DNA of 26,249 nucleotides, from positions 1-26,249 of the IMG/VR virus record IMGVR_UViG_3300035180_002927; one strand, written 5' to 3'. The position numbers and the translations under genes were made by a program. Source of the DNA: a virus (lineage: Duplodnaviria > Caudoviricetes). Shown one piece after another: positions 1 through 8,079 of the stretch (within the stretch, counting starts at the first letter, position 1; the number at the start of each line of letters is the position of its first letter). The notes below the pieces were generated by a model that searched no databases, had not been told where the DNA came from, and worked only from the letters and a program-made list of their open reading frames with translations.

Positions 1-188
1 TCACTGCAAGCAACTAGATGTGAATCATCGTTGAAACTTATTTGATATAGCTCCTTATCATGAAAGTGAGTAACTCCCAATACCTTTGTTTCGGTCCCTT
101 CCGATGAGTATAAAATATCTCCTTCCTGAATATCTTTAGCAAGCTTCCACCCATATTTAGTCATTATCGGCGTAGAGTCTTCCAGTGC
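1..188 (-). mobile_element. Intein N-terminal splicing region (Ala1) inserted in the RNR after PSMR
   Basis: From residue 73 the protein reads ALEDSTPIMTKYGWKLAKDIQEGDILYSSEGTETKVLGVTHFHDKELYQISFNDDSHLVACS. This fits Hint/intein block A/N2 (xL..dTPI.T..GW....DI..GD.L...G....V..V) leading into block B. Confidence 0.8.
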
Positions 189-404
189 CCTCATACTTGG
201 AACCACCTTCTTAGCATATACAAACTCATACGCCTTTTTGATTTCCTGCTCCAGCGAAGGAAACTTTTTAATATGCATTTCCATATTCCTAGTAACAATT
301 TCTTCCCACGTTTCACGGCGTTTCAGCCCCGGAATATACTTCGCATATTTTGAATATACTGTAATATCCGAAAGAATTTTACGAGACAACTCTGACTTAT
401 CCAT
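1..404 (-). CDS. nrdJ: Class II (B12-dependent) ribonucleotide reductase, 5' part, intein-containing; runs off the window's left edge (not in the ORF track)
   Basis: Manual translation from ATG at 404 (SD AAGGAGAG upstream): MDKSELSRKILSDITVYSKYAKYIPGLKRRETWEEIVTRNMEMHIKKFPSLEQEIKKAYEFVYAKKVVPSMR. The KYA.Y...RRETW.E and K.V.PSMR motifs are typical of phage/monomeric class II RNRs. Confidence 0.85.
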   Translation of the reverse strand, partial: MDKSELSRKILSDITVYSKYAKYIPGLKRRETWEEIVTRNMEMHIKKFPSLEQEIKKAYEFVYAKKVVPSMRALEDSTPIMTKYGWKLAKDIQEGDILYSSEGTETKVLGVTHFHDKELYQISFNDDSHLVACS

Positions 405-527
405 TATAGCCTCTCCTTTGTGCTCACCTGTTGTAGTGGCGATTTAGTGCTTAAAATTTTCATATTAATAGTGACTTTTTCCTCAAAAACATACACTCTG
501 TATGAGGCCAAGACAATATCCGATTAC

Positions 528-2027
528 TTAACTTCCCTCTAAGGTCGCATATGAAACATCCAAAATGTGATGTATTTGCATTCGAGAGAAATCTTTTTGC
601 ATAACAATTACACCTCTTTCTCCACCTCTATTTTTCACCAAATATAACTTCATTGTCAAATCGGTATCGTCTCCTTGCTTCTCTTCCTCTTGTTTTTCTA
701 GTGGATCTTCTATCTGTACTATGATATTAACATTATAAGCCATACCCTCTGCCCTGGAAACACGATGGGTTCCATATCTCGCTGTTTCTCCCTTAATAGA
801 ACGAATGGAAGTAGATTGAGCTGCAGATATTACAGGAATGCGCTTGCTCCTGGCATACTCATGCACCTCTTCCGATATAGCTGTCTGTTTTTTCCAGTCT
901 TCCCCGGTATCTCTATAATTATCCGTAGTAGCTTTCATGATTTGCAAATAGTCTATTATGACAACGTCCATTTTGACGCCATGCAACGCTTCCTGCCTAT
1001 CCACTTCCGTCGCTATGAAATTAATGTCTTCTCCACGTGGAACGTCAATTACATAAAATCCAACTGGACCCTTCCCGCTACGTACAGACTCTAAGTAATT
1101 TAAATATATCTGCTCATCCTGCTCGCTTAATTGACCGCGTTTAATTTCTCTCTCTTTTAGACCAAGAGAAGCAGAACAAAAACGCCTTAAGCAATCTTCT
1201 GCTGGCATTTCAATGGAAACATATGCCACGTTCTTCGGTGGTATGGTATAGATATCTGCTGGGGTGGCAAAAATTGTTCCACATTTTGGACAGCGATCTT
1301 TAGAATATAGAAATAATTGAAATCCACATTTAGCGCAATATCTAATTCCGTTGGCGATATATGCGGACATAGCGATAAGACTAATAGACTTGCCTCCACC
1401 TGTTGGCCCCACAATAAGTAAAACTTCTCCAGAATTTACTCCCCACGTCAATTCGTCAAGTTTCTGGAATCCCGTCATTACGCCCCTGACCAATTCCGGA
1501 TGTGTTTTGGCTGTTTGATAAAGATCTTTCATGGCTGGAGCGCTTTCAGCTAGAGACGTTCTGACCACTCTATCTTGAGCAGCTAACGTTACAATCTCAC
1601 TGCCCACTTTAGCTAGGTCTTTAGCTGCCGTTATTGGGTCATTCATGCGATTGCAAGTTTTGTCTGCCTTAGATACAGCCTCATGTAGCATGCCCTTAAA
1701 ATGTCTAGTCTTGATAGCATCTACATAATATTTATAGTCTTTAACTGGGGTTTTCAAATTCTCAAGAGACATATAAAGAGCATAACCCCTAGAAAGCTCT
1801 ACACTAGAGACGCCCCTTCGTTTTAATTGATCAAAAACTTTTTCTTTATCCAACACCTCTTTAAACTTCTTATAGTACAAAACTATGTTTTCATATACTG
1901 GGCGCCACTCAGCGTTAAAATAGGCCCCTGTTAATTTATCTACCTCAATTGCAGTTATAACCGATTGTTTATCCTGCAATAAGATAGAAAGCAAGTATTC
2001 GTCTATAGATATATTCTGATCAATCAA
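528..2027 (-). CDS. dnaB: Replicative DnaB-like (SF4) helicase with a Cys4 zinc-ribbon insertion
   Basis: TGFQKLDELTWG, Walker A GPTGGGKS, H1a YVSIEM, H2 VIIDYLQIM, H3 IPVISAAQ, H4 LVKNRGGE. TTG start overlaps the upstream stop (TTGA). Confidence 0.93.
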   Translation of the reverse strand: MIDQNISIDEYLLSILLQDKQSVITAIEVDKLTGAYFNAEWRPVYENIVLYYKKFKEVLDKEKVFDQLKRRGVSSVELSRGYALYMSLENLKTPVKDYKYYVDAIKTRHFKGMLHEAVSKADKTCNRMNDPITAAKDLAKVGSEIVTLAAQDRVVRTSLAESAPAMKDLYQTAKTHPELVRGVMTGFQKLDELTWGVNSGEVLLIVGPTGGGKSISLIAMSAYIANGIRYCAKCGFQLFLYSKDRCPKCGTIFATPADIYTIPPKNVAYVSIEMPAEDCLRRFCSASLGLKEREIKRGQLSEQDEQIYLNYLESVRSGKGPVGFYVIDVPRGEDINFIATEVDRQEALHGVKMDVVIIDYLQIMKATTDNYRDTGEDWKKQTAISEEVHEYARSKRIPVISAAQSTSIRSIKGETARYGTHRVSRAEGMAYNVNIIVQIEDPLEKQEEEKQGDDTDLTMKLYLVKNRGGERGVIVMQKDFSRMQIHHILDVSYATLEGS

Positions 2028-2776
2028 GATTGCGCCTTCCTAAAGTCTATACCCGCATGATATAAAACCACTGTCGTAGTTGCATCCAGAATAGAATCTA
2101 TAGACCGGCCTGGACCACCATACTTAGCCTTTAATTCGTCAATCGAATCATTGGTAACGATAACAGTAGTTAATGCGGCATCGCTTCTAGTCTTAAGTGT
2201 ATTTTCTGCTACAAACTTTGCATAATTAGCAATAGCGCTCGTTGTGTCAACCTCGCCCAGTTGATTTGTTTTAGTGTATTCCTTGCCAAATTCATCTATT
2301 ACCAACAAATCGCAGGCATGCAGTCTTTCCAATATTTCTTCTCTATTATCTTCTCGTGAATAATACAGAGAGATTAATTGATTAAATAGAATATACTGTG
2401 CCGATATACCTTGTGTCGCAGCGGCCTTTAAGAGTATACTGGACAGCATTGTTTTGCCAGTTCCATTCGCTCCACTGACAATGATAAGTGGAATATTTCT
2501 TACTGTATTTTCCACCTGAAAGATTAACTTGGACCATTTCTCTTTCAAGTCTTGTACTACTGGATTATGTTCCTGCCCAACGCCAAAATCTGCTACTTTA
2601 GCTTGCCAAAATTTAGCAGGGACATTAGCTGCTGCGGTAGCCTCATACATTAGCATTAGGGCATGGCATCGGCAACCAGGATCATCCCCATGACATATCG
2701 GGCACTGATTTACTACACTCTTCTTCAGTTCAGCCAGTTTTTTAAATACTACAGACCTATTACTACCAATAATCAT
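2024..2776 (-). CDS. dnaC: DnaC/IstB-like AAA+ helicase loader
   Basis: N-terminal CPIC...CRCH Zn motif, Walker A GANGTGKT, Walker B LLVIDEFG, TVIVTN, C-terminal GIDFR. Directly upstream of dnaB. Confidence 0.85.
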   Translation of the reverse strand: MIIGSNRSVVFKKLAELKKSVVNQCPICHGDDPGCRCHALMLMYEATAAANVPAKFWQAKVADFGVGQEHNPVVQDLKEKWSKLIFQVENTVRNIPLIIVSGANGTGKTMLSSILLKAAATQGISAQYILFNQLISLYYSREDNREEILERLHACDLLVIDEFGKEYTKTNQLGEVDTTSAIANYAKFVAENTLKTRSDAALTTVIVTNDSIDELKAKYGGPGRSIDSILDATTTVVLYHAGIDFRKAQS

Positions 2777-3165
2777 TTGCTTTTTCCTTTGCGAGGTAAC
2801 TTTAATGGCAAATCATCCAAGCTTACCCCTCCCAACCGATCTTGAGAATACCCCGGTGGGCCCTGTTCCACTATCTCCTGGGCAACATCTAGCGGAGGAA
2901 TTCTACTAGTCCCCACACCAATCATTCCCGGTGGACTCAATGGAGAAGGGAGCTGTGACGCGGTAGAAGACTGTAATTTCATATAATTCAACAAGACTTC
3001 AGGCGGCTCTTTAAAGAAATGAATAGTAGCCGCATGTGCAATATTTATCATCACTATCTCATTATCGTTCCTGGAGACTTTAATAAAGTCTGTGCCCCAT
3101 TGCCCTTCATATATGCCGCCGCCTAAAAGCGTCCCATCGTTAGCGCTAATTAATACATATTTCAT
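2773..3165 (-). CDS. Hypothetical protein (small N-terminal beta domain, Pro-rich tail)
   Basis: 130 aa ORF with ATGA overlaps to both neighbours and SD GGAGG upstream. Confidence 0.75.
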   Translation of the reverse strand: MKYVLISANDGTLLGGGIYEGQWGTDFIKVSRNDNEIVMINIAHAATIHFFKEPPEVLLNYMKLQSSTASQLPSPLSPPGMIGVGTSRIPPLDVAQEIVEQGPPGYSQDRLGGVSLDDLPLKLPRKGKSK

Positions 3166-4025
3166 TCCCTTCCTCCTATCAAATTACGACTTATGGCCTC
3201 TTTTAACATTTTCACAACCGGATGGTCTGGCAAACTATCCATTTTATCCTTCCATGCAGAATAAACATATATCAAATCTTTTTGCGTTTTCAAATTACTA
3301 ACATAATTAAAAATATTATCTAGGCCTTGAACGTAACCTATAAAATCCATTGGAAGTAAAGGAGATATCGCTACAGCAGTACTGTTTGCAGCTTTATTTT
3401 GTAAGTTAGTCATATATACCGCATAAGAGCTTAGCATGGTTGCGCTTCCTAGCCAGCCCCAATTTAGAGACTGTCCCCTGGTAAATGAATAAGCAAACCA
3501 CCAATCGAGATAATCTTTTACTGCTTCCGCTGTGTTTAGCTTTTTAAGAAGAAACGCCATTATATTAAGTCCTCTAGTGGACTTAACCTCCCATTTTCCT
3601 TTATTTTTAGCAAACTTACGATATACCACCCCAGGAGTTTCAATTGGATATTCCTTCCCCGTTCTATTGTAATATAACTCCAAAAAATAAGAAAGCAACT
3701 CAAAGTGACCCCATTCATTTATCGGCGTCAAGCTCCCATCTGTGGCTACACGCACTCTGCCATTTTTCCTCACGTCCGTGACACTACGAACGTCTTTAAT
3801 ATAGAAGTTTTTGAATTTAGTAACAGATGGATCTGTTTCTATGGCATCTGCATTAGCGGAATCTATTATTTGTTTCCGAAATCTAGTAATAGCCCGCTTG
3901 GCCATAGTAACATTAACTTTATTATTCTCAATCCCCGCAGTTTTCAGGACGTCTTCTGGGGTGACATTCTCTAGAATTTCTAAAGTTAAATGTTTGACAG
4001 CGCTATCAAGTTGCTTGCTCATCAA
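3162..4025 (-). CDS. Hypothetical protein in replication operon
   Basis: 287 aa ORF overlapping both neighbours; no recognised motif. Confidence 0.8.
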   Translation of the reverse strand: MMSKQLDSAVKHLTLEILENVTPEDVLKTAGIENNKVNVTMAKRAITRFRKQIIDSANADAIETDPSVTKFKNFYIKDVRSVTDVRKNGRVRVATDGSLTPINEWGHFELLSYFLELYYNRTGKEYPIETPGVVYRKFAKNKGKWEVKSTRGLNIMAFLLKKLNTAEAVKDYLDWWFAYSFTRGQSLNWGWLGSATMLSSYAVYMTNLQNKAANSTAVAISPLLPMDFIGYVQGLDNIFNYVSNLKTQKDLIYVYSAWKDKMDSLPDHPVVKMLKEAISRNLIGGRE

Positions 4026-5574
4026 AATTATCCTTTCTTATCTTTCCCATGGCTTTCTCAATTTTTTTAAGAATTACATCTTTGCGCTCTTTTGGTACAT
4101 TATTAGCCACAAGATTGAATGCCGGTTCCGTTTTAAGAGCAGCTATTCTAGAAATACTATGATCTAAAACAAATCTGCCGTCATCTATAAAGTCTACTAC
4201 CAAAGCGTCTATTTTATCCGCGTGCGGCCTCAGGGCCCGGCCCACTCGCTGTTTAATTTTAGTCTTTCCTCGTTTCCCGCCAGCCAGGATTTCTCCTGAC
4301 ATAATAGGTACGTCTAATCCCTCATCCGCAAGAGACGTGGCAATCATACAATCAATTTCTCCTGCACGAAAAGCATTAATAAGCACCTGCCTTTTCTTGG
4401 AGGACAGCGTAGCGTTAAGAAACTCCGCTTGAATATCTGAGAGCATTTCTTCTAAAACCTTACCATGCTCTTCAAGATAGTCGACCAATATAAGAGTTTT
4501 CCTGCCCGCTTTTACCATGGCGCGGGCCTTCTCTCCTATAATATAATTCCTAGCATCGTTATTGACAATAAGCTGCTTGTAGACCGCATGAAAGTCGTCC
4601 CACTCTACTTGTTTCCCGGAGTTATCAATGTAATTATATTCAATAGTAGGTCGTACAAGCCATCCCTTTTCGATGAGAGTGGAGGCATTGATATCATAAA
4701 AAATATTTCCAAGTTCTGCCTCAATAAGCAGATCATCACCCTCGTCTCTTTTGGGGGTTGCGCTAGTTCCCAAAACGTATGGAGCATTTATATTTCTAAA
4801 AATAGTTTGGATAGTTTTGGCCCTTGCGCAATGCGATTCATCTAAAATTACCAGTTGGGCAGCCTTTAACATTTCAATAATTTTTGCAGAATGCGCGACA
4901 TCAAACTTTTCAGATACTTGACGGTCATAAAAATAGGTTTTAGCCCTGGAATCTATAGAGCGGGCGGCGGATTGCCAAGTGCTAACTGTGATACCTTCAA
5001 TTTCGCATTTACCATCTCCAACTATACCTATAGCTGCACCTGGAATTTCTCGCTCTAAATGCTCTTTCATTTGAATAACCAAGTCTATTGTTCCGCATAG
5101 AATAACAGTAGGAAGATTCAGACGACTGACAATATTGGTGATAATAATAGATTTACCAGCTCCAGTTGCAGCGGCCAGTATGCCCTTTTTATTTTCTATA
5201 AATTTATCAACAGCTATTTCTTGATAGTCTCTTAGCGACCCATGCCATGCCATACCATCTCCAAGCGTCGGAAAGGTGCGCTCATCCACAACTAGATAAC
5301 CTACATTATTTTGTTTACAAAAAGCTAGAACTCGTTTTAATAAACCAGAACGAAAACTTAGAGAATTAAAACTAGGAATGAAAATATTCTTATCCCATTT
5401 TCCGCCAAGAAGATAATGTTTGCCATTCCAAGCTGTGTTCTTGTACCGCCAAGTATATTGGAAGTCCCGTTCAGTGTAACTAAGATAGTCATTTAGCGCA
5501 AATAAAAAACTTTGCGGAACGTCTTGCACGTTTTCCACTCTAGTCACACTATGCTGCACTACAAATGTAAGCAT
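4006..5574 (-). CDS. Superfamily 2 DNA helicase (UvsW/XPB-like)
   Basis: Q motif LRDYQ, Walker A ATGAGKS, DESH, SAT, motif V DEGLDVP, motif VI QRVGRALR. Confidence 0.92.
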   Translation of the reverse strand: MLTFVVQHSVTRVENVQDVPQSFLFALNDYLSYTERDFQYTWRYKNTAWNGKHYLLGGKWDKNIFIPSFNSLSFRSGLLKRVLAFCKQNNVGYLVVDERTFPTLGDGMAWHGSLRDYQEIAVDKFIENKKGILAAATGAGKSIIITNIVSRLNLPTVILCGTIDLVIQMKEHLEREIPGAAIGIVGDGKCEIEGITVSTWQSAARSIDSRAKTYFYDRQVSEKFDVAHSAKIIEMLKAAQLVILDESHCARAKTIQTIFRNINAPYVLGTSATPKRDEGDDLLIEAELGNIFYDINASTLIEKGWLVRPTIEYNYIDNSGKQVEWDDFHAVYKQLIVNNDARNYIIGEKARAMVKAGRKTLILVDYLEEHGKVLEEMLSDIQAEFLNATLSSKKRQVLINAFRAGEIDCMIATSLADEGLDVPIMSGEILAGGKRGKTKIKQRVGRALRPHADKIDALVVDFIDDGRFVLDHSISRIAALKTEPAFNLVANNVPKERKDVILKKIEKAMGKIRKDNFDEQAT

Positions 5575-5591
5575 GCTGCTCCAAGATGACT

Positions 5592-5615
5592 AAGGGGGAC
5601 AAGCCCCCTTTTTTT
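5592..5615 (+). terminator. GC hairpin with plus-strand T-run (intrinsic terminator-like, antisense to the genes)
   Basis: AAGGGGG-ACAAG-CCCCCTT followed by TTTTT. Confidence 0.45.
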
Positions 5616-5619
5616 GAAT

Positions 5620-5648
5620 AATATAAGATAGCAATCTCGAAAAGTCAA
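5620..5648 (-). promoter_or_regulatory. Sigma70-type promoter upstream of the helicase/replication operon
   Basis: Minus strand TTGACT-N17-TATATT. Confidence 0.7.
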
Positions 5649-5678
5649 ACTAGCGCTTAGCCCGAAAGGCATTCTTCA

Positions 5679-6410
5679 TTAGTCATCTACATCGTCCGAA
5701 ACAATTTTATGATTTTCATTGTCCGAAACAATTTTATGATTTTCATTGCTTCCATCTGGAATGAGATTGGAAGTTTCCTTTAACTTTTTAACAAGTACCA
5801 ATAAACGAGAAGTCCGCATAGCAATCTCTTCCGCTGTATCTTGCAATTTTTCCATTTTAAGATGGCATCCATAAGTACTGCTAAGGTTTTTAGATATTGC
5901 CCCCGAAATCTCACCTAGCTCTTTCGTTGATTGGTCCTGTGCAAATTCTAACTCTTCAATAGCAACTGCCACATCAGTGCCTAGGTGAGATAGTTTATTA
6001 TAAAGTGCTCTCAATTCACCCTCAACCGCCAAGATAACCTCATATTGATGCATTTCCCGTTGCAAATCTCTATGATACTGGGCATTTTGAGCCATAAGAA
6101 TTACCGGAGCTTGGAACGCAGCCACAGCGGCTAACACCAAATTTAAAAAATTAAAGGGATATGGATCAAAAGCTGGTAAAAATATGAGGCCAACATTCCC
6201 CAAAAACCACACTAAGATTACAGCGGCCATACTTAATGCGAATGTCCAAGAACCTACAAAATTAGTAAGTTTTTCGGCCATTCTATCTGCAAAAGTTTGA
6301 TTGGGAACCCTCTGCTTAGGGATAAGAGAGACTGATCCGCCCTCAGAGAGTAATTCCTTAATCTCGTTAATAATTTCATCGCGAGTTTGATTGCTGAAGG
6401 CATCGCTCAT
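5679..6410 (-). CDS. DUF1003-family membrane protein with C-terminal coiled coil
   Basis: ADRMAEKLTNFVGSWTF...FDPYPFNFLNLVLAAVAAFQAPVILMAQN is the DUF1003 signature, with two hydrophobic segments. ATG at 6410 preferred over TTG at 6467. Confidence 0.85.
   Translation of the reverse strand: MSDAFSNQTRDEIINEIKELLSEGGSVSLIPKQRVPNQTFADRMAEKLTNFVGSWTFALSMAAVILVWFLGNVGLIFLPAFDPYPFNFLNLVLAAVAAFQAPVILMAQNAQYHRDLQREMHQYEVILAVEGELRALYNKLSHLGTDVAVAIEELEFAQDQSTKELGEISGAISKNLSSTYGCHLKMEKLQDTAEEIAMRTSRLLVLVKKLKETSNLIPDGSNENHKIVSDNENHKIVSDDVDD
5694..5747. repeat. Perfect 27-bp tandem duplication (NENHKIVSD x2)
   Basis: gtccgaaacaattttatgattttcatt at 5694-5720 and 5721-5747. Confidence 0.95.
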
Positions 6411-6570
6411 CTGGTTACGCGGGAAACCTCGGTATTTATACCAGAGTGGAATAGTACAACTGCGCAAGCCGCCTGAGTTCCCCCACCTCCTTTATCTAGC
6501 GTATGCATATACCCATATCCGTCTACCCGCTGCACAACCTGGCAAAAGTTAACTATACTGGCCCAAAGTT

Positions 6571-7500
6571 TTAATGCCCTTTCTTCACTATGGTGGCCAA
6601 TGAATCTAAAGCAGCTACCACATTAATAACACCTGCTCCTGAACTAGCTTTACTACCAATAGATAAAGAATACTGCGATAAAATTTTCACTACTTCTTCT
6701 CGGCCTATGTCTTTTTTAACTTCTTTCATCAGTGCGCATATGCCAGTAATAAATGGACAAGCTTGACTAGTTCCACTCATAGTAGCATATCGGCCGCCTG
6801 GATAACAAGAAAGAATATCTACTCCAGGCGCAGAAAAAGTAATATTATTTCCCGATGAAGACCACGGCGCACTAATTAGGTTTTTATTAATAGCCGCAAC
6901 AGAAATAACAAATGGCAGTCTAGCCGGCCATTGTTCGTCTATAGTTAAGTCGTTGTTATCGCCAGAGTTCCCAGCGGCAGCAACAACTATAATATTGCGA
7001 TCCACAGCTCTCTTAATTGCCATCGACATAGGGACGTATTCTTCTGGGCTCCCAAGCGATAAGTTAATGACGTCACAACCAGCTTCAGTGCAAGCCTCTA
7101 TAGCTCTAGTAATATTGTTCGAATCACCAACCCCAGAATTGTCTATTGCTTTAGCGATATATAGGCTAGCATCATGAGCTATTCCAGAAACACCACGCCC
7201 AGTAACTTTAGCTGCAACAATTCCAGCAACGTGGGTACCATGACCATTTAAATCTTCGCATCTCCCAGGAGAATTAGAAAAATTTTTACAATCCACAATA
7301 GCGTCTTTGAGGTCAGGATGATTAATGTCACATCCCGTATCTACAATGCCAATCTTAATGCCTTTGCCCGTTGCCCTAGCCCATGCCTCATCTATGTGCA
7401 TAAGTTTATGCGCCCAGTTTAATTCACTGGCTATTGCTACGCTATCATAGATAGCAGTAGTTTTATCCGTAATTATAATAGGCAATCTATTCTTGTTCAA
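6571..7500 (-). CDS. Subtilisin-family (S8) serine protease, no signal peptide
   Basis: Catalytic triad motifs IVDTG, HGTHVAG and GTSQA; oxyanion AAAGNSG. Confidence 0.93.
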   Translation of the reverse strand: MNKNRLPIIITDKTTAIYDSVAIASELNWAHKLMHIDEAWARATGKGIKIGIVDTGCDINHPDLKDAIVDCKNFSNSPGRCEDLNGHGTHVAGIVAAKVTGRGVSGIAHDASLYIAKAIDNSGVGDSNNITRAIEACTEAGCDVINLSLGSPEEYVPMSMAIKRAVDRNIIVVAAAGNSGDNNDLTIDEQWPARLPFVISVAAINKNLISAPWSSSGNNITFSAPGVDILSCYPGGRYATMSGTSQACPFITGICALMKEVKKDIGREEVVKILSQYSLSIGSKASSGAGVINVVAALDSLATIVKKGH

Positions 7501-7984
7501 TGGGAGTATTCCAAAGAGTGACTTCTTTAGTGCGACGATGGACTAGCTCTTGACTTACTTCAGGCGCACCATTATGATGAACATAAACCCATTTCATCAA
7601 CTGAACGGGAACTTGGTCATATTGCCCAGCATTAAGCTTTGTTAACAGCGTGCTACTAGAGAAATTGTGAATACCTACATTAAAAGCAAAACTCACTAAA
7701 GCATCAAATTGGTTCTGATTAAGAGGGACTTTCACGTAATGATTAACGGCACCCTCTCTAGAAACCACGTCCTGCGCTAGCAAATCTAAAGCTTGCTGAT
7801 AAGTCAAGCCATTCTTGTATGCTACCGTATCTCCATTTATAAGAATCATGCCAGACCCTAATTCTTCTGCGTTTAATTTATGTCCAACCCCAATAGTGGG
7901 ATACCCAGCTTGGTCGTTGTACACTTGGAGTTTTACACCTTCCCACTCAGCCAGTAGTTTCCTACCATTATCGCTCAGCTTCAT
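7487..7984 (-). CDS. Phage lysozyme/endolysin (GH24 muramidase)
   Basis: E-x8-D-x5-T catalytic pattern (EGVKLQVYNDQAGYPTIGVGH), NQNQFDALVSFAFNVG, L..RR..E. ATG at 7984 follows SD GGAGGT (alternative GTG at 7990). Confidence 0.95.
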   Translation of the reverse strand: MKLSDNGRKLLAEWEGVKLQVYNDQAGYPTIGVGHKLNAEELGSGMILINGDTVAYKNGLTYQQALDLLAQDVVSREGAVNHYVKVPLNQNQFDALVSFAFNVGIHNFSSSTLLTKLNAGQYDQVPVQLMKWVYVHHNGAPEVSQELVHRRTKEVTLWNTPIEQE

Positions 7985-8021
7985 GTTCACCTCCGTTTTT
8001 TATGTCTTTCCATTAATAGAC

Positions 8022-8049
8022 AAAAAGCGCCCGTTACCAGGCGCTTTTG
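8022..8049 (-). terminator. Intrinsic terminator after the tubulin-like gene
   Basis: Minus strand AAAAGCGCC-TGGTAACG-GGCGCTTTTT. Confidence 0.75.
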
Positions 8050-8079
8050 GTTTCCTGCTCATGATAATAGTAGAATAAA

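Noticed and set aside
238-447. Plus-strand ORFs in the track (here and 765-1094, 3811-4167, 4465-4845, 19946-20182, 25580-26056, etc.)
   Set aside because: They are antisense shadows of well-supported minus-strand genes and carry no motifs; those in RCC1 regions reflect high GC and repeats.
2024-2776. IstB of an IS21 element
   Set aside because: No IstA transposase or terminal repeats; coupling to dnaB supports a helicase loader.
6571-7500. S8 protease as part of an IetAS-type AAA-ATPase/protease defence or toxin-antitoxin system
   Set aside because: No adjacent AAA ATPase partner; the protein is a short plain subtilisin domain coupled to a lysozyme.
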